In this document: positions 26,101 to 38,100 of the stretch, piece after piece | How the letters are laid out: each line of letters opens with the position of its first letter | Position numbering within the stretch: the stretch's first letter is position 1 | Assembly (NCBI RefSeq): GCF_009914755.1 | Contig: NC_060941.1 | DNA length: 64,000 nt | Reading direction: 5' to 3' (one strand) | From: the human T2T-CHM13v2.0 reference genome, Homo sapiens | The notes under the pieces: model-generated | Databases searched by the model: none | Seen by the model: only the letters and a program-made list of their open reading frames with translations | Told to the model about the DNA's origin: nothing | Translations under genes and position numbers: made by a program

Positions 26101-29100
26101 ACTCACAGAGTTGAACTTTCCTTTCGAGAGAGAAGCTTTGAAACACTCTTTTTCCAGAATCTGCAAGTGGACATTTGGAGGGCTTTGAGGCCTGTGGTGG
26201 AAAAGGAATTATCTTCCCGTAAAAGCTAGATAGAAGCATTCTCAGAAACTACTTTGTGATGATTGCATTCAAGTCACAGAGTTGAACATTCCCTTTGACA
26301 GAGCAGTTTGGAAACTCTCTTTGTGTAGAATCTGCAAGTGGAGATATGGACCGCTTTGAGGCCTATGGTAGTAAAGGAAATAGCTTCATATAAAAGCTAG
26401 ACAGTAGCATTCACAGAAAACTCTTGGTGACGACTGAGTTTAACTCACAGAGCTGAACATTCCTTTGGATGGAGCAGTTTCGAAACACACTATTTGTAGA
26501 ATGTGCAAGTGGATATTTAGGCCTCTCTGAGGATTTCGTTGGAAACGGGATAAACCGCACAGAACTAAACAGAAGCATTCTCAGAACCTTCTTCGTGATG
26601 TTTGCATTCAACTCACAGTGTTGAACCTTTCTTTGATAGTTCAGGTTTCAAACGGTCTTTCTGTAGAAACTGCAAGTAGATATTTGGACCTCTCTGAGGA
26701 TTTCGTTGGAAACGGGATAACCCGCACAGAACTAAAACAGAAGCATTCTCAGAACCCTCTTCGTGATGTTTGCATTCAACTCACAGTGCTGAACCTTTCT
26801 TTGATAGTTCAGCTTTGAAACACTCTTTTTGTAGAAACTGCAAGTGGATATTTGGTCCTCTCTGAGCATTTCGTTGGAAACGGGATAAACTGCACAGAAC
26901 TAAACAGAAGCATTCTCAGAACCTTCTTCGTGATGTCTGCATTCAACTCACAGTGTGGAACCTTTCTTTGATAGTTCAGGTTTGAAACACTCTTTCTGTA
27001 GAAACTGCAAGGGGATAATTGCACTCTTTGAGGAGTACCGTAGTAAAGGAAATAACTTCCTATAAAAAGAAGACAGAAGCTTTCTCAGAAAATTCTTTGG
27101 GATGATTGAGTTGAACTCACAGAGCTGAGCATTCCTTGCGATGTAGCAGTTTAGAAACACACTTTCTGCAGAATCTGCAAGTGCATATTTGGACCTCTGT
27201 GAGGAATTCGTTGGAAACGGGATAATTTCAGCTGACTAAACAGAAGCAGTCTCAGAATCTTCTTTGTGATGTTTGCATTCAAATCCCCGAGTTGAACTTT
27301 CCTTTCAAAGTTCACGTTTGAAACACTCTTTTTGCAGGATCTACAAGTGGATATTTGGACCACTCTGTGTCCTTCGTTCGAAACGGGTATATCTTCACAT
27401 GACATCTAGACAGAAGCATCCTCAGAAGCTTCTCTGTGATGACTGCATTCAACTCACGGAGTTGAACACTCCTTTTGAGAGCGCAGTTTTGAAACTCTCT
27501 TTCTGTGGCATCTGCAAGGGGACATGTAGACCTCTTTGAAGATTTCGTTGGAAACGGAATCATCTTCACATAAAAACTACACAGATGCATTCTCAGGAAC
27601 TTTTTGGTGATGTTTGTATTCAACTCCCAGAGTTGAACTTTCCTTTGGAAAGAGCAGCTATGAAACACTCTTTTTCTAGAATCTGCAAGTGGACGTTTGG
27701 AGGGCTTTGTGGTTTGTGGTGGAAAAGGAAATATCTTCACCTAAATACTAGATAGAAGCATTCTCAGAAACTGCTTTGTGATGATTGCATTCACCTCACA
27801 GAGTTGAACATTCCTATTGATAGAGCAGTTTGGAAACACTCTTGTTGTGGAATGTGCAAGTGGAGATTTGGAGCGCTTTGAGGCCTATGGTAGTAAAGGG
27901 AATAGCTTCATAGAAAAACTAGACAGAAGCATTCTCAGAAAATACTTTGTGATGATTGAGTTGAACTCACAGAGCTGAACATTCCTTTGGATGGAGCAGG
28001 TTTGAGACACACTTTTTGTAGAATCTACAAGTGGATATTTGGACCTCTCTGAGGATTTCGTTGGAAACGGGATAACTGCACCTAACTAAACGGAAGCATT
28101 CTCAGAAACTTCTTGGTGATGTTTGCATTCAAATCCCAGAGTCGAACCTTCCTTTGATAGTTCAGGTTTGAAACACTCTTTTTGTAGGATCTGCAAGTGG
28201 ATATTTGGACCACTCTGTGGCCTTCGTTCGAAACGGGTATATCTTCGCATAAAATCTAGACAGAAGCCTTCTCAGAAACTTCTCTGTGATGATTGCATTC
28301 AACTCACAGAGTTGAACCCTCCTATGGATAGAGCAGTGTTGAAACTCTCTTTTTGTGGAATCTGCAAGTGGATATGTGGACCTCTCCGAAGATGTCTTTG
28401 GAAACGGGAATATCTTCACATAAAAACTAAACAGAAGCATTCTCAGAAACTTCTCTGTGATGTTTGTGTTCAACTCCCAGAGTTTCACATTGCTTTTCAT
28501 AGAGTAGTTCTGAAACATGCTTTTCGTAGTGTCTACAAGTGGACATTTGGAGCGCTTTCAGGCCTGTGGTGGAAAACGAATTATGGTCACATAAAAACTG
28601 GAGAGAAGCATTGTCAGAAACTTCTTTGTGATGATTGCATTCAACTCACAGAGTTGAAGGTTCCTTTTCAAAGAGCAGTTTCCAATCACTCTTTCTGTGG
28701 AATCTGCAAGTGGATATTTGGACCTATTTTGAAGATTTCGTTGGAAACGGGAGAATCTTCACAGGAAAGCTAAACAGAAGCATTCTCAGAAACTTCTTTG
28801 TGATGCTTGCATTCAACTCACAGAGTTGAACTTTCCTTTCGAGAGAGAAGCTTTGAAACACTCTTTTTCCAGAATCTGCAAGTGGACATTTGGAGGGCTT
28901 TGAGGCCTGTGGTGGAAAAGGAATTATCTTCCCGTAAAAGCTAGATAGAAGCATTCTCAGAAACTACTTTGTGATGATTGCATTCAAGTCACAGAGTTGA
29001 ACATTCCCTTTGACAGAGCAGTTTGGAAACTCTCTTTGTGTAGAATCTGCAAGTGGAGATATGGACCGCTTTGAGGCCTATGGTAGTAAAGGAAATAGCT

Positions 29101-32100
29101 TCATATAAAAGCTAGACAGTAGCATTCACAGAAAACTCTTGGTGACGACTGAGTTTAACTCACAGAGCTGAACATTCCTTTGGATGGAGCAGTTTCGAAA
29201 CACACTATTTGTAGAATGTGCAAGTGGATATTTAGGCCTCTCTGAGGATTTCGTTGGAAACGGGATAAACCGCACAGAACTAAACAGAAGCATTCTCAGA
29301 ACCTTCTTCGTGATGTTTGCATTCAACTCACAGTGTTGAACCTTTCTTTGATAGTTCAGGTTTGAAACGGTCTTTCTGTAGAAACTGCAAGTAGATATTT
29401 GGACCTCTCTGAGGATTTCGTTGGAAACGGGATAACCCGCACAGAACTAAAACAGAAGCATTCTCAGAACCCTCTTCGTGATGTTTGCATTCAACTCACA
29501 GTGCTGAACCTTTCTTTGATAGTTCAGCTTTGAAACACTCTTTTTGTAGAAACTGCAAGTGGATATTTGGTCCTCTCTGAGGATTTCGTTGGAAACGGGA
29601 TAAACTGCACAGAACTAAACAGAAGCATTCTCAGAACCTTCTTCGTGATGTCTGCATTCAACTCACAGTGTGGAACCTTTCTTTGATAGTTCAGGTTTGA
29701 AACACTCTTTCTGTAGAAACTGCAAGGGGATAATTGCACTCTTTGAGGAGTACCGTAGTAAAGGAAATAACTTCCTATAAAAAGAAGACAGAAGCTTTCT
29801 CAGAAAATTCTTTGGGATGATTGAGTTGAACTCACAGAGCTGAGCATTCCTTGCGATGTAGCAGTTTAGAAACACACTTTCTGCAGAATCTGCAAGTGCA
29901 TATTTGGACCTCTGTGAGGAATTCGTTGGAAACGGGATAATTTCAGCTGACTAAACAGAAGCAGTCTCAGAATCTTCTTTGTGATGTTTGCATTCAAATC
30001 CCCGAGTTGAACTTTCCTTTCAAAGTTCACGTTTGAAACACTCTTTTTGCAGGATCTACAAGTGGATATTTGGACCACTCTGTGTCCTTCGTTCGAAACG
30101 GGTATATCTTCACATGACATCTAGACAGAAGCATCCTCAGAAGCTTCTCTGTGATGACTGCATTCAACTCACGGAGTTGAACACTCCTTTTGAGAGCGCA
30201 GTTTTGAAACTCTCTTTCTGTGGCATCTGCAAGGGGACATGTAGACCTCTTTGAAGATTTCGTTGGAAACGGAATCATCTTCACATAAAAACTATACAGA
30301 TGCATTCTCAGGAACTTTTTGGTGATGTTTGTATTCAACTCCCAGAGTTGAACTTTCCTTTGGAAAGAGCAGCTATGAAACACTCTTTTTCTAGAATCTG
30401 CAAGTGGACGTTTGGAGGGCTTTGTGGTTTGTGGTGGAAAAGGAAATATCTTCACCTAAATACTAGATAGAAGCATTCTCAGAAACTGCTTTGTGATGAT
30501 TGCATTCACCTCACAGAGTTGAACATTCCTATTGATAGAGCAGTTTGGAAACACTCTTGTTGTGGAATGTGCAAGTGGAGATTTGGAGCGCTTTGAGGCC
30601 TATGGTAGTAAAGGGAATAGCTTCATAGAAAAACTAGACAGAAGCATTCTCAGAAAATACTTTGTGATGATTGAGTTTAACTCACAGAGCTGAACATTCC
30701 TTTGGATGGAGCAGGTTTGAGACACACTTTTTGTAGAATCTACAAGTGGATATTTGGACCTCTCTGAGGATTTCGTTGGAAACGGGATAACTGCACCTAA
30801 CTAAACGGAAGCATTCTCAGAAACTTCTTGGTGATGTTTGCATTCAAATCCCAGAGTCGAACCTTCCTTTGATAGTTCAGGTTTGAAACACTCTTTTTGT
30901 AGGATCTGCAAGTGGATATTTGGACCACTCTGTGGCCTTCGTTCGAAACGGGTATATCTTCGCATAAAATCTAGACAGAAGCCTTCTCAGAAACTTCTCT
31001 GTGATGATTGCATTCAACTCACAGAGTTGAACCCTCCTATGGATAGAGCAGTGTTGAAACTCTCTTTTTGTGGAATCTGCAAGTGGATATGTGGACCTCT
31101 CCGAAGATGTCTTTGGAAACGGGAATATCTTCACATAAAAACTAAACAGAAGCATTCTCAGAAACTTCTCTGTGATGTTTGTGTTCAACTCCCAGAGTTT
31201 CACATTGCTTTTCATAGAGTAGTTCTGAAACATGCTTTTCGTAGTGTCTACAAGTGGACATTTGGAGCGCTTTCAGGCCTGTGGTGGAAAACGAATTATG
31301 GTCACATAAAAACTGGAGAGAAGCATTGTCAGAAACTTCTTTGTGATGATTGCATTCAACTCACAGAGTTGAAGGTTCCTTTTCAAAGAGCAGTTTCCAA
31401 TCACTCTTTCTGTGGAATCTGCAAGTGGATATTTGGACCTATTTTGAAGATTTCGTTGGAAACGGGAGAATCATCACAGGAAAGCTAAACAGAAGCATTC
31501 TCAGAAACTTCTTTGTGATGCTTGCATTCAACTCACAGAGTTGAACTTTCCTTTCGAGAGAGAAGCTTTGAAACACTCTTTTTCCAGAATCTGCAAGTGG
31601 ACATTTGGAGGGCTTTGAGGCCTGTGGTGGAAAAGGAATTATCTTCCCGTAAAAGCTAGATAGAAGCATTCTCAGAAACTACTTTGTGATGATTGCATTC
31701 AAGTCACAGAGTTGAACATTCCCTTTGACAGAGCAGTTTGGAAACTCTCTTTGTGTAGAATCTGCAAGTGGAGATATGGACCGCTTTGAGGCCTATGGTA
31801 GTAAAGGAAATAGCTTCATATAAAAGCTAGACAGTAGCATTCACAGAAAACTCTTGGTGACGACTGAGTTTAACTCACAGAGCTGAACATTCCTTTGGAT
31901 GGAGCAGTTTCGAAACACACTATTTGTAGAATGTGCAAGTGGATATTTAGGCCTCTCTGAGGATTTCGTTGGAAACGGGATAAACCGCACAGAACTAAAC
32001 AGAAGCATTCTCAGAACCTTCTTCGTGATGTTTGCATTCAACTCACAGTGTTGAACCTTTCTTTGATAGTTCAGGTTTGAAACGGTCTTTCTGTAGAAAC

Positions 32101-35100
32101 TGCAAGTAGATATTTGGACCTCTCTGAGGATTTCGTTGGAAACGGGATAACCCGCACAGAACTAAAACAGAAGCATTCTCAGAACCCTCTTCGTGATGTT
32201 TGCATTCAACTCACAGTGCTGAACCTTTCTTTGATAGTTCAGCTTTGAAACACTCTTTTTGTAGAAACTGCAAGTGGATATTTGGTCCTCTCTGAGGATT
32301 TCGTTGGAAACGGGATAAACTGCACAGAACTAAACAGAAGCATTCTCAGAACCTTCTTCGTGATGTCTGCATTCAACTCACAGTGTGGAACCTTTCTTTG
32401 ATAGTTCAGGTTTGAAACACTCTTTCTGTAGAAACTGCAAGGGGATAATTGCACTCTTTGAGGAGTACCGTAGTAAAGGAAATAACTTCCTATAAAAAGA
32501 AGACAGAAGCTTTCTCAGAAAATTCTTTGGGATGATTGAGTTGAACTCACAGAGCTGAGCATTCCTTGCGATGTAGCAGTTTAGAAACACACTTTCTGCA
32601 GAATCTGCAAGTGCATATTTGGACCTCTGTGAGGAATTCGTTGGAAACGGGATAATTTCAGCTGACTAAACAGAAGCAGTCTCAGAATCTTCTTTGTGAT
32701 GTTTGCATTCAAATCCCCGAGTTGAACTTTCCTTTCAAAGTTCACGTTTGAAACACTCTTTTTGCAGGATCTACAAGTGGATATTTGGACCACTCTGTGT
32801 CCTTCGTTCGAAACGGGTATATCTTCACATGACATCTAGACAGAAGCATCCTCAGAAGCTTCTCTGTGATGACTGCATTCAACTCACGGAGTTGAACACT
32901 CCTTTTGAGAGCGCAGTTTTGAAACTCTCTTTCTGTGGCATCTGCAAGGGGACATGTAGACCTCTTTGAAGATTTCGTTGGAAACGGAATCATCTTCACA
33001 TAAAAACTACACAGATGCATTCTCAGGAACTTTTTGGTGATGTTTGTATTCAACTCCCAGAGTTGAACTTTCCTTTGGAAAGAGCAGCTATGAAACACTC
33101 TTTTTCTAGAATCTGCAAGTGGACGTTTGGAGGGCTTTGTGGTTTGTGGTGGAAAAGGAAATATCTTCACCTAAATACTAGATAGAAGCATTCTCAGAAA
33201 CTGCTTTGTGATGATTGCATTCACCTCACAGAGTTGAACATTCCTATTGATAGAGCAGTTTGGAAACACTCTTGTTGTGGAATGTGCAAGTGGAGATTTG
33301 GAGCGCTTTGAGGCCTATGGTAGTAAAGGAAATAGCTTCATAGAAAAACTAGACAGAAGCATTCTCAGAAAATACTTTGTGATGATTGAGTTTAACTCAC
33401 AGAGCTGAACATTCCTTTGGATGGAGCAGGTTTGAGACACACTTTTTGTAGAATCTACAAGTGGATATTTGGACCTCTCTGAGGATTTCGTTGGAAACGG
33501 GATAACTGCACCTAACTAAACGGAAGCATTCTCAGAAACTTCTTGGTGATGTTTGCATTCAAATCCCAGAGTCGAACCTTCCTTTGATAGTTCAGGTTTG
33601 AAACACTCTTTTTGTAGGATCTGCAAGTGGATATTTGGACCACTCTGTGGCCTTCGTTCGAAACGGGTATATCTTCGCATAAAATCTAGACAGAAGCCTT
33701 CTCAGAAACTTCTCTGTGATGATTGCATTCAACTCACAGAGTTGAACCCTCCTATGGATAGAGCAGTGTTGAAACTCTCTTTTTGTGGAATCTGCAAGTG
33801 GATATGTGGACCTCTCCGAAGATGTCTTTGGAAACGGGAATATCTTCACATAAAAACTAAACAGAAGCATTCTCAGAAACTTCTCTGTGATGTTTGTGTT
33901 CAACTCCCAGAGTTTCACATTGCTTTTCATAGAGTAGTTCTGAAACATGCTTTTCGTAGTGTCTACAAGTGGACATTTGGAGCGCTTTCAGGCCTGTGGT
34001 GGAAAACGAATTATGGTCACATAAAAACTGGAGAGAAGAATTGTCAGAAACTTCTTTGTGATGATTGCATTCAACTCACAGAGTTGAAGGTTCCTTTTCA
34101 AAGAGCAGTTTCCAATCACTCTTTCTGTGGAATCTGCAAGTGGATATTTGGACCTATTTTGAAGATTTCGTTGGAAACGGGAGAATCATCACAGGAAAGC
34201 TAAACAGAAGCATTCTCAGAAACTTCTTTGTGATGCTTGCATTCAACTCACAGAGTTGAACTTTCCTTTCGAGAGAGAAGCTTTGAAACACTCTTTTTCC
34301 AGAATCTGCAAGTGGACATTTGGAGGGCTTTGAGGCCTGTGGTGGAAAAGGAATTATCTTCCCGTAAAAGCTAGATAGAAGCATTCTCAGAAACTACTTT
34401 GTGATGATTGCATTCAAGTCACAGAGTTGAACATTCCCTTTGACAGAGCAGTTTGGAAACTCTCTTTGTGTAGAATCTGCAAGTGGAGATATGGACCGCT
34501 TTGAGGCCTATGGTAGTAAAGGAAATAGCTTCATATAAAAGCTAGACAGTAGCATTCACAGAAAACTCTTGGTGACGACTGAGTTTAACTCACAGAGCTG
34601 AACATTCCTTTGGATGGAGCAGTTTCGAAACACACTATTTGTAGAATGTGCAAGTGGATATTTAGGCCTCTCTGAGGATTTCGTTGGAAACGGGATAAAC
34701 CGCACAGAACTAAACAGAAGCATTCTCAGAACCTTCTTCGTGATGTTTGCATTCAACTCACAGTGTTGAACCTTTCTTTGATAGTTCAGGTTTGAAACGG
34801 TCTTTCTGTAGAAACTGCAAGTAGATATTTGGACCTCTCTGAGGATTTCGTTGGAAACGGGATAACCCGCACAGAACTAAAACAGAAGCATTCTCAGAAC
34901 CCTCTTCGTGATGTTTGCATTCAACTCACAGTGCTGAACCTTTCTTTGATAGTTCAGCTTTGAAACACTCTTTTTGTAGAAACTGCAAGTGGATATTTGG
35001 TCCTCTCTGAGGATTTCGTTGGAAACGGGATAAACTGCACAGAACTAAACAGAAGCATTCTCAGAACCTTCTTCGTGATGTCTGCATTCAACTCACAGTG

Positions 35101-38100
35101 TGGAACCTTTCTTTGATAGTTCAGGTTTGAAACACTCTTTCTGTAGAAACTGCAAGGGGATAATTGCACTCTTTGAGGAGTACCGTAGTAAAGGAAATAA
35201 CTTCCTATAAAAAGAAGACAGAAGCTTTCTCAGAAAATTCTTTGGGATGATTGAGTTGAACTCACAGAGCTGAGCATTCCTTGCGATGTAGCAGTTTAGA
35301 AACACACTTTCTGCAGAATCTGCAAGTGCATATTTGGACCTCTGTGAGGAATTCGTTGGAAACGGGATAATTTCAGCTGACTAAACAGAAGCAGTCTCAG
35401 AATCTTCTTTGTGATGTTTGCATTCAAATCCCCGAGTTGAACTTTCCTTTCAAAGTTCACGTTTGAAACACTCTTTTTGCAGGATCTACAAGTGGATATT
35501 TGGACCACTCTGTGTCCTTCGTTCGAAACGGGTATATCTTCACATGACATCTAGACAGAAGCATCCTCAGAAGCTTCTCTGTGATGACTGCATTCAACTC
35601 ACGGAGTTGAACACTCCTTTTGAGAGCGCAGTTTTGAAACTCTCTTTCTGTGGCATCTGCAAGGGGACATGTAGACCTCTTTGAAGATTTCGTTGGAAAC
35701 GGAATCATCTTCACATAAAAACTACACAGATGCATTCTCAGGAACTTTTTGGTGATGTTTGTATTCAACTCCCAGAGTTGAACTTTCCTTTGGAAAGAGC
35801 AGCTATGAAACACTCTTTTTCTAGAATCTGCAAGTGGACGTTTGGAGGGCTTTGTGGTTTGTGGTGGAAAAGGAAATATCTTCACCTAAATACTAGATAG
35901 AAGCATTCTCAGAAACTGCTTTGTGATGATTGCATTCACCTCACAGAGTTGAACATTCCTATTGATAGAGCAGTTTGGAAACACTCTTGTTGTGGAATGT
36001 GCAAGTGGAGATTTGGAGCGCTTTGAGGCCTATGGTAGTAAAGGGAATAGCTTCATAGAAAAACTAGACAGAAGCATTCTCAGAAAATACTTTGTGATGA
36101 TTGAGTTTAACTCACAGAGCTGAACATTCCTTTGGATGGAGCAGGTTTGAGACACACTTTTTGTAGAATCTACAAGTGGATATTTGGACCTCTCTGAGGA
36201 TTTCGTTGGAAACGGGATAACTGCACCTATCTAAACGGAAGCATTCTCAGAAACTTCTTGGTGATGTTTGCATTCAAATCCCAGAGTCGAACCTTCCTTT
36301 GATAGTTCAGGTTTGAAACACTCTTTTTGTAGGATCTGCAAGTGGATATTTGGACCACTCTGTGGCCTTTGTTCGAAACGGGTATATCTTCGCATAAAAT
36401 CTAGACAGAAGCCTTCTCAGAAACTTCTCTGTGATGATTGCATTCAACTCACAGAGTTGAACCCTCCTATGGATAGAGCAGTGTTGAAACTCTCTTTTTG
36501 TGGAATCTGCAAGTGGATATGTGGACCTCTCCGAAGATGTCTTTGGAAACGGGAATATCTTCACATAAAAACTAAACAGAAGCATTCTCAGAAACTTCTC
36601 TGTGATGTTTGTGTTCAACTCCCAGAGTTTCACATTGCTTTTCATAGAGTAGTTCTGAAACATGCTTTTCGTAGTGTCTACAAGTGGACATTTGGAGCGC
36701 TTTCAGGCCTGTGGTGGAAAACGAATTATGGTCACATAAAAACTGGAGAGAAGCATTGTCAGAAACTTCTTTGTGATGATTGCATTCAACTCACAGAGTT
36801 GAAGGTTCCTTTTCAAAGAGCAGTTTCCAATCACTCTTTCTGTGGAATCTGCAAGTGGATATTTGGACCTATTTTGAAGATTTCGTTGGAAACGGGAGAA
36901 TCTTCACAGGAAAGCTAAACAGAAGCATTCTCAGAAACTTCTTTGTGATGCTTGCATTCAACTCACAGAGTTGAACTTTCCTTTCGAGAGAGAAGCTTTG
37001 AAACACTCTTTTTCCAGAATCTGCAAGTGGACATTTGGAGGGCTTTGAGGCCTGTGGTGGAAAAGGAATTATCTTCCCGTAAAAGCTAGATAGAAGCATT
37101 CTCAGAAACTACTTTGTGATGATTGCATTCAAGTCACAGAGTTGAACATTCCCTTTGACAGAGCAGTTTGGAAACTCTCTTTGTGTAGAATCTGCAAGTG
37201 GAGATATGGACCGCTTTGAGGCCTATGGTAGTAAAGGAAATAGCTTCATATAAAAGCTAGACAGTAGCATTCACAGAAAACTCTTGGTGACGACTGAGTT
37301 TAACTCACAGAGCTGAACATTCCTTTGGATGGAGCAGTTTCGAAACACACTATTTGTAGAATGTGCAAGTGGATATTTGGGCCTCTCTGAGGATTTCGTT
37401 GGAAACGGGATAAACCGCACAGAACTAAACAGAAGCATTCTCAGAACCTTCTTCGTGATGTTTGCATTCAACTCACAGTGTTGAACCTTTCTTTGATAGT
37501 TCAGGTTTGAAACGGTCTTTCTGTAGAAACTGCAAGTAGATATTTGGACCTCTCTGAGGATTTCGTTGGAAACGGGATAACCCGCACAGAACTAAAACAG
37601 AAGCATTCTCAGAACCCTCTTCGTGATGTTTGCATTCAACTCACAGTGCTGAACCTTTCTTTGATAGTTCAGCTTTGAAACACTCTTTTTGTAGAAACTG
37701 CAAGTGGATATTTGGTCCTCTCTGAGCATTTCGTTGGAAACGGGATAAACTGCACAGAACTAAACAGAAGCATTCTCAGAACCTTCTTCGTGATGTCTGC
37801 ATTCAACTCACAGTGTGGAACCTTTCTTTGATAGTTCAGGTTTGAAACACTCTTTTTGTAGAAACTGCAAGGGGATCATTGCACTCTTTGAGGAGTACCG
37901 TAGTAAAGGAAATAACTTCCTATAAAAAGAAGACAGAAGCTTTCTCAGAAAATTCTTTGGGATGATTGAGTTGAACTCACAGAGCTGAGCATTCCTTGTG
38001 ATGTAGCAGTTTAGAAACACACTTTCTGCAGAATCTGCAAGTGCATATTTGGACCTCTGTGAGGAATTCGTTGGAAACGGGATAATTTCAGCTGACTAAA

